Shown here one piece after another: positions 52,768-64,000 of a DNA stretch of 64,000 bases (its first letter is position 1; every line of letters starts with the position of its first letter). The notes beneath the pieces were generated by a model that saw nothing but the letters and a program-made list of their open reading frames with translations, had not been told where the DNA came from and made no database searches. Source of the stretch: Trichinella spiralis. Lineage: Eukaryota. The translations under genes were made by a program, and so were the position numbers. The stretch is from positions 9,284,849 to 9,348,848 of the forward strand of contig NW_003526943.1 of NCBI RefSeq assembly GCF_000181795.1, written 5' to 3'.

Positions 52768-53754
52768 GAAGAACTTTCACATCGTTTGACCGGTATTAGA
52801 CAAAAATTAGACTGTTTATACATTGCGCATCTGAAATTTTTTATCAAATACAGTTATAAATTAAAATTTCATTGTTCTGTATATTAATAGCTAAACTGTT
52901 TTCTATGTATAATTTTTTCTACATGCAACTTTTTTTTACATTGCAACATTTTTGTAATGTACTTTGATATTTTATATTGAACATTTTATGTTAAAAATAA
53001 AATATCAGATAATACTGAAAGAAGTGTATCACAATATGTTGGAAATGAATTTGTAAACATTGAAATTTAAAAATGAAAAATCTGGTTGAAATCAGAAGGG
53101 TTCAGTTAATTTTCAGTTAATGATTAACAGTATTGCTACTTCACAGCTAAAAATCCGTTGTCTTACTGTAAGCAGGTATTTTCGGTTATTTATTATATAT
53201 GAAAGAATAAATTACATTTTTAAAACTATATTACTATGACCATATTTCTATTCAAATGCTGAATATAACATTTTTGATAAGAAAAAATTGTATATATAAC
53301 TTTTTAATAAAAATTCATTTAGCCTGATCTTAATTTTTATCAAAACCAACAAATAGTTGTTTCATAATCATGTAAGGTTATTTTTACATTGTTTGAATTT
53401 ATGAGCTAATAATAATATAAAAAATTTTGTACAACTGCTTCACGGTTGAAAAAAAAACAAACTGAAATCATTTTTTTACATAATCTCGTAATAATTTTAA
53501 ATAAATGAAATAAAATTTTAAAGAATTTATTTATTAAGCTTATTTATAAATTCTGAAAAATTAAAATATACAATTTATTTTCATAATGATATTATTTCGT
53601 GTTTATAAACTTTATTTTGTTTTCTGCATGCAGTGAGCGCACTTTAAAGCACTGTATAGTTTAAATATGCATTGAAAAGTTTATCGTTTAAATTTCACTT
53701 TAAAAACACTTACATATTACATATCTGACCGACGATGCAATGACTATTTTAGAG

Positions 53755-54587
53755 ATGGAAAGCCAAAGGAAAAGTGGTTTTCCGACTGAAGGTAAAATTT
53801 TTAATTTTAATTTTATTTTATTAATAATTAGTCATAAAATTATTTTCTACGTAGTGTTGACTTTCAATTCAGTTCGGTTTTTCTTATTTTTTTGTATTGG
53901 TTTTTTGCAGCGGTGAACAGAAGGCAAAGATTCAGATTTGATGAAGCCGTATTGTATTTTCTTAACATGCTACTTGTTACAATTGGAGTGGGTGCAATGA
54001 TCATTTCGCTTTATACTTATAATGAAAACATCCAAAAAGCATTAGAAAACGTATTAAATCAACCAGAAACGCTGATAAGCACGAATTCTTTCTATTACTA
54101 TGTTAATCACACTGTCAGTATTGGTGCTGTGCTTGCTACTTGTGGTGTTTTAGGATTTTTTAGCGTTTGCTGTAAAAACGACTGCTCTCTTATCATGCAT
54201 CTCATATTTATAGTATTAGCGATTATTTATTCGATCACTGCTATCTTTTTCCTCTTATCTGAAAGAGCAAAGATAGAAAGTTCCATTATGATTGTATTTC
54301 AAAAGCAAGTATTGCAAAAGTATCATACTGGCAATGCAGAATTGGATAAGCTTTTGGATGCTACGCATATAATGTTTCAATGCTGTGGTGCAGAAGGATG
54401 TAAAGATTTTGAAAAACCGCCATCAAGTTGCAATTGCACGGAAAAAAATGAAGTTGTTGGTTGTATGACAGCAGTAGGTGACGTCGTCAGTACTGTTCTC
54501 ACTTCACTACTTTTTGGTGGCACGGCACTGTTATGTCTTGAAACGTTGATTTGGATGATGGCTTGCTATGTTTACCAAAACGATTGA
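53755..54587 (+). CDS. Tetraspanin, about 237 aa
   Basis: Exons 53755-53791 and 53911-54587 (possible upstream in-frame ATG at 53740). Four hydrophobic segments and a large extracellular loop with FQCCG, PSSC and GC motifs. Confidence 0.9.
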
Positions 54588-54838
54588 AAAAAATGCTAAT
54601 TAATTATCAGAAATACCATTATTGTTATAATTTTATTAACCAGAATTTAAAAATTTCAAGTAAAAAATAAAAATGCTTATACAGTATTCCACTATTTGAG
54701 TAATTCTGTTAATGCTAATTAAAGCTGCTTGCTTCCACAAATAAAAAAAATTTTCAATTAAAAAAGTAAAATTTTTGTTTTCAGAGTTGATCAAATCAGA
54801 AATTCAGAATAGAAAAAATTTCAGAATTCAAAATTATA

Positions 54839-55592
54839 TAGTTGTATCTCAACATTCGCGATATATGCGTTCCGGCGGTACTGCGAATGCTTGCCACTTC
54901 TATTCATACGCTCCGCTTATTATATAGCAGAATTGCCTAAAAATTGCATGGAATATCACAGAACGTGTACTGATTTGAATGTTAGATATTTATCTATTTA
55001 TTTATTTAATTTATTATTTTTATTCATTCGATTGAACACACAGCATTCTGAATCATGGGTGTGCTCCCATGTGCAAGCTTGCCAGAACTATCTGGACTGT
55101 CATTTAATCTTTTAAAAAGCATTGCTATCGAAAGTGGTCTTCCTTTTTTTCATTTTTTACAAAATTCGCTCGGACCGATACCACAACAAGCAGAGAGACA
55201 GCAACAGTAAATAGAAAAATCAAAGCTCAGTAATAAACAAAAACTACTGCCTAGGAAACTAGCAGTACATCAACAATATGTAGGCATAAGTCACGGTAAG
55301 CGTCTATAGCATCATGCATTACGTATTTACTCAAATTTTGCGTTCTTCTCACGGTGTGTTGGACTGTGCTAGCCTGGGAGCGGCTGTTCTAAGCTTACCA
55401 TCAGTTCAGGAATCATGCGATTGCAGCTGCCATAAACCGGCTTTTCGATCTACTTCGATCTGTTGGCTGTTGTTATGAACGAATCCACTCATTAATGGTC
55501 ATCGACACGCTAGATGTAAAGAACTCGAGTTTTTATTTACTCCGCTTCTTTCAATAATATCAATCACCTGATCTCAAATCGAGGACCGACTG
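54839..55592. mobile_element. Tc1/mariner pogo/Tigger-like non-autonomous element, copy 1
   Basis: TA-flanked degenerate TIRs: TA|TAGTTGTATCTCAACATTCGCG ... TCGAGGACCGACTG|TA. An internal segment is shared with the copy at 57511. Confidence 0.7.
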
Positions 55593-57510
55593 TATTTTGT
55601 AAAAGAAATCAACTTAAAATATTAAAATGCGCTGTTTTTCATTCACAATAAAGTATATACATAAATTTATACATTTTTATAACATTAAACACCATAAAAT
55701 AATAAAACGATCATGTATGACAACAGACAACAAAGAAGGAATGTTAATATCAAAGTTACACATAACAGTATACACTCTGTATGAACGTTCTTCCAGATAT
55801 CGTAATTGTCAGTGGAAACTGTTGACATATTGATGGCGCTTTTCTAAACGATTCATTATGAACAAAAAATTGCAAAATAAAACATATTTAATTATACTCC
55901 AATAAACTATTTTGCTTTCTTACCAAAAATTTGAGCCTATCTGACGCCTCTCGTCCCCTGCGTTTCATCATTTCTAACTTGAAATTCATATAATCCTATT
56001 TCTAGAATTCCTGAACTGTACGTAAAGCTGCACGTGCTACACTATAGAGGATACATTTAGCTCAATGAAATGGGGCACAGAAATATGCCAAAAATGCATA
56101 TTATGCTACTTAATTCATTCCCGTTTACCAAAGAACCGAAATGCTTTTCTAACAAAAACAGAAAAACCATCGTCATCACCAGTCGAGCATTCTGAGGAAT
56201 TTTACATTTGCACGTTCATATTGGTAAGGGGGCATTATTTAAAGCAATCATAAAAATATGAAGAAATCTAAATTATTACCCCAAAGCAATTTTGAAATGC
56301 ACCGAAAAAATGATTTGTTCAGTTGCTAGCATAAATGTGGCTAATTATACAACGGATTGAAACTTCTAATAAATTCAAAAACAAATAAAACAAACGGCAG
56401 GCAGAATGAATGATAACAATAAAACTGGAAAACAGATAAAGAGATATCAGCCTAACTATTTTGCAAAGTATTATGAACAAAAAATATAAAAAATTATTTA
56501 TCCAAGCAAGCTTGAAATAAATAGCAAAAGTAGTCTGTCAGATTTAGTAAAAGTACTAATCGTATGTTCGTATGTTGCACTGAAAACCATTAAATTAGTA
56601 GTCATCGGTACTTTCAACAAAAATGCTTCCATCATCATCAGTGCCGTTTATTTCTAAACATTTCACTACAGTTTACTTCGCTGAAGGATACTAGGAAATA
56701 TAACTGTGAAAAAGTGCAATTAAATGATGCCAATAAGTTTCTCTCACTTATTGACCACACCTTTGTCCCTATACAACACCGGATTACTTCCCAGTAAGTG
56801 ATAAAAATGATTCTCGTATTTCACTTTTACTATACTGATCAATTTCATAAGCGCAGCGCTATATTGTGGAACTATTTGGTCACTTAAACTTACACCAAAA
56901 AAACAATTCTAGCACTAGTAAAAATTTCAAAAACAAAAAGAAATGAAATGAAATAGCCAGTATTCTCAGGAAACATTCATAACTTGGCAAAAATTCAAAA
57001 AGTTCGTGTAAAAACCTGCAAAAGTTGTTCAGTATTCTCTTCTAAAGACGGCAGGATGGTCACCACTGAAGAATTATCTTCAAAAAAATTCTAAAAATAA
57101 ATAATATTCCATATACATATACAATATATATAATTCAAAATTAAAATATTCAATTAATTTTTATTTAAACGTTACTTTTCATTCTCTTTTTAAATTTCAA
57201 AACTTTATATCACAAATTTTCGACAAAAGATATTTAAACTTGGAAAAAAATTTTTCATTCAAATTTAAATCACTTCTTTTAATTACAAGACATTTAAAAA
57301 ATGCCATGTACAAAAATATTTTTAAAAAAAGCACCCTCCACTTGAAAGTATCTTATTCATTATGTCATTTAATGTGCAATTGAATATTAAGTTTATAATG
57401 CAAACCATCGGTACAATTTTTAAATACGTTTGAATAACTTTGAACTGAATAAATAAAAATCAAGTTAATCAAAATAATTCGTCAAGTGCCTCTTCTGTGT
57501 AATGTATATA

Positions 57511-57927
57511 CAGTCGACCCTCAACATTCGTAGATTTGATTATTTGCGCCAAAAAGATAAACCCTATTTTTAGACCCTAGTATGCATGTATGCTGTGGAT
57601 CTGCAGGTTCTGCGCAAGGTTGTTTCCGCTTATGAGGTTCCACAGCATAACAGTAGTAATAACGACTTAACCAAACTAGGAGGCTAAATAACCGCTACTA
57701 ATGCTAAGATGACAAAAATAAAAACATTAGGGTGAAGGGAAAGGAGGCGCTGCGAACAGGAGGTAAGTTTACGGCAGCACCGATTCCGTGATTCCAGACT
57801 GGTCAACTATTCCAAACATGTCTGGAAGTGCAGAATTTCCACTTTCATGCTAGCATCATACAGCGTGAAAATAACGCAAAATTGGAGTAAATGCGTAATG
57901 CATGGAGTAAATACTATAGTCAGAAGT
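57511..57927. mobile_element. Pogo/Tigger-like non-autonomous element, copy 2 (inverted, truncated at an N gap)
   Basis: TA|CAGTCGACCCTCAACATTCG terminus. 57846-57921 (AACGCAAAATTGGAGTAAATGCGTAATGCATG) is a diverged reverse complement of about 55300-55375. Confidence 0.7.
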
Positions 57928-59687
57928 NNNNTGCTGGTCTAGAGAAAGTATAAACTTCAGCACATTTTGATATTTTGTAACCATCATTCTCTGATCGACT
58001 TGATTTTATTGTAAATGTACTTATTGGGAATAATAAATATTTCCATTATTTATGTGGTCATCTAGTAGTAAATTTACGAAGACGATGATGGATTATTTGA
58101 ACGTTTGAAATGCTCTAATATTACTTATAATCCCAAGGGGTGTTTTGAATCAATGACCAATTAACTTTCGAAAACCAATATGACAAAGACTTGCCGGTCC
58201 GAAATAATAGCGTGGTCAACGACCAATAAGTAAACAGTGGGACCGAAGGGGGAACATAAGTGGGACCAAGTGGGAGCATCCCCATTCTAATATGATAAAA
58301 ATAAAGAAATGACTTTCAGAGTTGTTAGAATAATAAGATAATATTAATGTTAATACTGATGTTAATATTATTATAATTATGTTTATAACTTAAAATCAAA
58401 AAACAGCCACTGATGATATTTTACTAATGAAAATAGTTGGTGTTGTTTTACCAATAATAACAGCTTCAAGTCGTAACTGATATTTCACGAGTGAAAAAAA
58501 TGAAGGCGTTGTGAAGTTAGCTGCGTCTGCTTTCTTACTGTTTGGTTTCCACGGTAAGCCATTTGGACTGATGGGAAGTTGCGTTGTCAACGCTGATTAT
58601 TCAGTTAGTCATGTAAGACTGAGAATTATCGTTGCTAAAGGCTATTGCCCTGACTCACCTGTCATGAAATGGTTTGAACCGTTTGGTATCAGAACTGAAG
58701 ATGCGATCAAATAATAAGTAATCCCATTGCGTCAGCACTACGCATATATATAAGGTGGTCCTGATTGAGGTTGCTACACAGGAGATCTCGACCCATCAGG
58801 GGTTTTTTCTGCATGAAAACTCAAAAGGTCGTTTAAAGGTGAATTTGTTGAATCCATTATAAGGCAATAAATATAAAGAATTTACTGATTAATTTGAACA
58901 GTGGCTTGGAAATTAGATAAATGTGGTAAAATAATGAAATAATATATTGAATTGAATTGAATTATTATTAAATTACATTAAATTATATTAAATAATGTGG
59001 AAAGCAATTAACACACAACAAAATAATAAATGAAATTACAAGAAATGTCTATAAAACATTTTGAAACAGCATAATATGTAATATGGCGTCACTGGTCAAA
59101 TATTTACAGCAGCAAAAGAAATTTTTTATGATGCAATTAAATAAAACTAAAATTCTGTTCAAAACAACTATCACCAAAATTTGTAACAGCGAGCTAAAAC
59201 ACTGATTATAATCTTTTTCACACTTGTAAATGCACCGTGCTATCTTTACTACCTGACTGTTGAACTAATGCGTACTGTAGTATTTGCATGAAGAATTGCA
59301 AACTTAAGTTTTACTTGATTTGACCAAAAGCTGTAACTAAAATGACGTAATAGTAAAACAAAGAATTTGTTATTACTGACATTTCTACAAGCTTTTATTT
59401 TCAAATTTAATTAGCTGCCAAATGAGGGTTGATGTAACAATTTCCTTTATGTAGGAACATTACTATGAAGCTATTTGAATGAAAGCAGATGCAACAATCT
59501 AATGGATATTCAAAATTATACCACAAACTCAGCAAACTGTTAAATAATAGGAAACTGATAACGGCAGCGAAAAACAGAAAGCATGACAATACCTATTCAA
59601 AATATTTTTGTTTTTTGGTTTATTTAGTACATTAATACATCTATATATAAATGGAATTCAGAATAGAACTTGATACAAATTTAAAAA

Positions 59688-61013
59688 ATGCTCATATTTT
59701 ATATTGTGGCTTTATATACCCTGCCCTTAGGCGTAACATCCGTTGAATTCCAATGCTTTCAAGCTGCTAATCCTGTGGACTGGTAAGGCAAATTTAAGTA
59801 CATCATACATCGAACTATTTCATATTACTTTTTAGGTTTTTCGTCTATAAATTGCCAGGAGGAAAATCTTCACATTATCTTATACCAACTGCTGCAACAG
59901 ACTGGACAGTTGCAGCAAATATTGATGACGCACAGCAACCAATTCATTCTACGATGGACAAGTATTTTTCTTCACAAGCCAAGCCCAATACAAATATTAT
60001 AGCATACAGCAATTATCCTCCACATTTTAAATTTGAACTTCCCATGAGTCCCGGAAAAGGTATATAAAAAAATGTATCACATTAAAATTATGACATCAAG
60101 ATTTCTTATTTAGGTGTAATAATGGCTGAAGAACAGAATAAAGGCTTTTGGTTGGTACACACAGCGAAATATTTTCCCAATTTAGCAGGTGCTGTAGGAG
60201 ATTTGTTTACACATGAGAAGACCACAAAGGAAGCAGCTGCATTTTTATGCATGTCATATACTGATGTTAATTTGAGGGCAGTTGGTATACAATTTTATTT
60301 TATTAAATTAAAATTAAAAGTCATGAACAATTTTAGCAAAAATAATTGATTATGAGCAACCCATCGTATTTTTTGCTCAGAGATCTGCAGCACAAGCCAC
60401 ACAGGCTTTCTACGATTCATCTGAAATTCAAAAACTTGTCAATGGATTGCATAAGTATCAGCCAACTGCATCTACTTCTGGTGATGGCATAAGAACTTTG
60501 ACTCCACCAGGAACTGTGAAAATATTTGCATCAGCACCAGTAGCATATTCATCAGGTACATCTGAATTCAGAAAATAAAAAAAAAATATATTAAACAGAA
60601 AAAATTGTGTATTTTCAGATATATATTCAAATTACGTTGTTAAAATTCTGCAAAAATCCATGCAAGTTTACACACCTGGAACGACTGCAACTGTTTTGAG
60701 AAAATCATGCGCTGGCACATTAAAAGTGGAAAATGTATTAGGGCCAATAACTGTTAAAGATACTGAAATTCCAATAGGACAAGACAGTGCAAGATGGTCT
60801 GTTCCAAAGTCAGATTCTGATTTTGTATGCCTAAGCAATACTGGAAGAACGGTATGATTGAATTTATTTTTTGTTTTATCCTTTACTCTATTGAAAATGA
60901 ATTAGGCGAATGATGCAAAACATGGAGCAAGCGTTGCTTGCGTTTTGAGCACAGAAGCAGCGGCCTTGTTCAGAAAGATGATCACCACGAAGAACTTGGA
61001 TGCATGCACCTAA
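59688..61013 (+). CDS. Secreted DNase II-like (plancitoxin-like) protein lacking both catalytic histidines, about 349 aa
   Basis: TATA at about 59642. Exons 59688-59782, 59836-60059, 60114-60284, 60337-60555, 60619-60851, 60906-61013. Signal peptide, C...PVDWFFVYKLP, IIAYSNYPP, KGFWLVHTAKYFP, FLCMS, DSARWSV, VCLSNTGR. Confidence 0.93.
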
Positions 61014-62375
61014 TATAATTCCACAGTTTGTTGTGCATGTAATTAATTTTGTACAATGAAAAGTTGGAATCTTCTTCGGTGAATTGAAAATTTTATAAAT
61101 AATTTTTAATACACGGGAAAACTGTTAATTGCATTGAAATAAATGAACATTCACCCAAAAAATATCGCATTGTTTGATTTTCCTAATGTAATTTCATGCA
61201 CAGTCTGCATTATTATTTATTCTGACATTTTGAAATTAAGAAATAAATCTATTAATTATAAGTGATGTGTGATTATTCACATTTCCATTGCTACAATTTT
61301 AATCCCAATTTTCCTTTTGTTTTTTATAAGTAATAGCTTCCGTTTCTTTGATTCTATATATTAATTCCGGAAAGATATGGTACTGTCTGAATTTTAAAAT
61401 AAATGTATATCAAAATACATTGTATTTGGAATGGAAAATATTTCCATTCAGTTTGACATTCGTGAGCTGCCAGAGGTTCCCAATGAGCTTAAGCTGCGTC
61501 ACTTGGGCATAATTCGAATGAAAGTTGTAACTCGAAGCAATGTTTAGTAGGTAATATTACATAACAAAATAAGTGAGAACGTGGGACTGCTAAGAAAGTT
61601 TTCTTTTACCCACATCAGTATATAAAAAGGAATTACCCAAAATTCTGATGTCTCGCACTCATCCTGATTTTTTCCACCTCTAACAGTGCTTATATGTTAG
61701 AGTCAAATGAAAGAATAATCATAGAAACAAGTGATATTGCTAGAATGCCACTTAGGACGCTGTCATATAACAAATTCTAAACTGAATAAATGGAATGAAA
61801 GCATGGAATGAAAGGTCAAACAAAATGTAATTTAGGAAGAAAATTTTAAACTACTTTATCGCCAACAACTAGAAATTTCAATGCAGAATAATGCTTGACT
61901 GGAAGGAATAGAGTTGTTCCGCTAAAGCAGAAGCGATCACTACTCATTCACATTTTCAAAGTCATGAGGATCATCAAAGAAGTGCCTGAATGAAGGAACT
62001 GGCAAGGAGTTACTTTTTCTGTGTTCTGTTTACTTGGAAAATTCGAAATAAACTTTGTCCCTTTGTTTGCACACCAACTTCGCTGGATCATTTTAAGAAA
62101 AAGCATTGTGAAGTATCATTTATACATTTTCAAAATGATCAGAAGTCACAGCAGCGTATGAAATGCAAAAAGCAATAATTGCAGCTGTGGACAATTTATC
62201 ACTTGTTGTCTTTCCCCTTGTATTAAAATTGCTATAACTAACATATGTGATGTGATGGGAAACGCGAACAATGTTTGACAAAGGCATATGCGTGAAATCA
62301 TGCGTAAAATTCAGTGAAATTGCGAGCTAAGACGTAACGTCTGGCTGTTCTTCACTGTTGTTGTTGTTGCTGTTG

Positions 62376-62486
62376 GGTAGTGAAAAATTAAAATCACTAT
62401 TTAACTTATTTTTGTATCGTTTGAACTATCGCATTTGATATGACGTCACTCTGGTACAATAAAATATAGAATAATGATAAAAATTA
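62376..62486. repeat. Dispersed repeat with an inverted copy at 63879-64000
   Basis: CTATCGCATTTGATATGACGTCACTCTGGTACAATAAAATATAGAATAAT is the near reverse complement of ATTATTCTATATTTTATTGTACCAAAGTGACGTTATATCAAATGCGATAG. Confidence 0.85.
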
Positions 62487-62509
62487 TTTTCGGGAATGCT
62501 GATCATGAA

Positions 62510-62726
62510 AAAGTATAAACTTCACCACAAATAATATATTTAAATAACCAAAATTTCAATGAATGACAAAACTTCAAACAAAAGATAAAATTTTGGAATA
62601 ATAAATATTTCCACTATTTATGTTACGTCACTACTATTAAAGTTACGTAATCCTAAATTGAACATTTGAACCAATGAAATGAAAAAATATTACAGCTAAT
62701 CACAATGAAAGATTGAATCAATGAGC
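62510..62726 (+). repeat. Diverged direct repeat of 57945-58157, upstream of each DNase II copy
   Basis: Shared blocks in the same order: AAAGTATAAACTTCA, GGAATAATAAATATTTCCA, TTGAAC.TTTGAA, TTGAATCAATGA. Confidence 0.8.
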
Positions 62727-62737
62727 ANNNNNNNNNN

Positions 62738-63868
62738 AATTTAAGTACATCATACATCGAACTATTTCTTATTACTTTTTACGTTTTTCGTCTATAAATT
62801 GCCAGGAGGAAAATCTTCACATTATCTTATACCATCTGCTGCCACAGACTGGACAGATGCAGATTATATTGATGACGCACCCCATCCAATTCATTCTACG
62901 ATGGACAAGTATTTTTCTTCACAAGCCAAGCCCAATACAAATATTATGTTGTACTTTCCTTATCCTCCACATTTTAAATTTGAACTTCCCATGAATCCCG
63001 GAAAAGGTATATTCATTTCTGTATCACATTAAAATTATGACATCAAAATTTCTTATTTAGGTGAAATAGTGGCTGAGGAGCAAAATACAAGCTTTTGGTT
63101 GGTACACACAACGAAATATTTTCCCACTTTACCAGGTGCTGTTAGAGATTTGTTTACACTTGAGAAGACCACCCAGGAGGCACCTGCATTTTTATGCATG
63201 TCATATACTGATGTTAATTTGAGGGCAGTTGATATACCATTTTATTTTATTAAATTACCATTAAGAGTCCTGAGCAATTTTATCCCACATAATTGATTAC
63301 GAGCTACCCATCGGATTTTTTGCTCACAGATCTGCACCACAAGCCCCACTGGCTTTCTACGATTCTTCTGAGATTCGAAAACTTGTCGATGGACTGCATA
63401 AATATCATCCAACTGCATCTACTTCTGGTGATGTCATAAGAACTTTGACTCCACCACGAACTGTGAAAATATTTGCATCAGCACCAATATCATATTCGTC
63501 AGGTACATCTGAATTCCGAAAATAACAACAAATATATTAAACAGACAAAAATTGTGTATTTTCAGATATATATTCAGATTACGTTGTTAAAATTCTGCTA
63601 CAATCCATGCAAGTTTACACACCTGGAACGACTGCAACTGTTTTGAGAAAATCATGCGCTGGCACATTAAAAGTGCTAAATGTATTAGGGCCAATAACTG
63701 TTAAGATACTGAACTTCCAATAGGACAAGACTGTGCAGCATGGTCCTGTTCCAAAGTCAGATTGCTGATTTGGCATGCCTAAGCAATACTGGAGACCGGC
63801 ATGAATGAATTTAATTCTTGTCTATCCCTTACTCTATCGAAACTGAATTAAGCGAATAGATGCTAAAC
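62738..63868 (+). pseudogene. Second DNase II-like copy: damaged pseudogene or low-quality read
   Basis: Closely similar to 59791-60921 including introns, but with broken acceptors (TTTAC, TTTTAT), indels toward the 3' end and N gaps on both sides. Confidence 0.65.
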
Positions 63869-64000
63869 NNNNNNNNNNAATTTTTATTATTATTCTATAT
63901 TTTATTGTACCAAAGTGACGTTATATCAAATGCGATAGCAATAATTCAGAAAAAACAATACAAAAATAAGTTAAATAGTGATTTTTATTTTTTACTAGCC

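Overview
AT-rich eukaryotic genomic DNA with short GT-AG introns. The gene content points to a Trichinella-like (clade I) nematode: a DNase II family member lacking the catalytic histidines and MCD-1-type multi-cystatin proteins. Left to right: (1) a replication-dependent histone quartet (H4+, H3-, H2B-, H2A+), each gene with a 3' stem-loop, of which only H4 is clearly intact; H3 and H2B are pseudogenes and H2A is heavily eroded, largely by CpG-type transitions; (2) a much older, barely recognisable second copy of the same quartet at about 8.5-11 kb; (3) a 17-kb ETS1/Pointed-type transcription factor gene (PLTP MAPK site, PNT and ETS domains) with a candidate internal first exon for a PNT-less isoform and many ETS sites in its own non-coding DNA; (4) a multi-cystatin pseudogene, a degenerate CDF/SLC30 transporter, DPH1, an intact two-domain cystatin-like gene and MRPL44 (one intron lacks an AG acceptor); (5) BEL/Pao and piggyBac relics, a small stand-alone Sin3-type PAH-domain gene, a tetraspanin and two Tigger-like MITE copies; (6) a DNase II-like gene followed by a damaged second copy between assembly gaps. 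All exon models were built by eye and family calls come from recalled motifs, not database searches.
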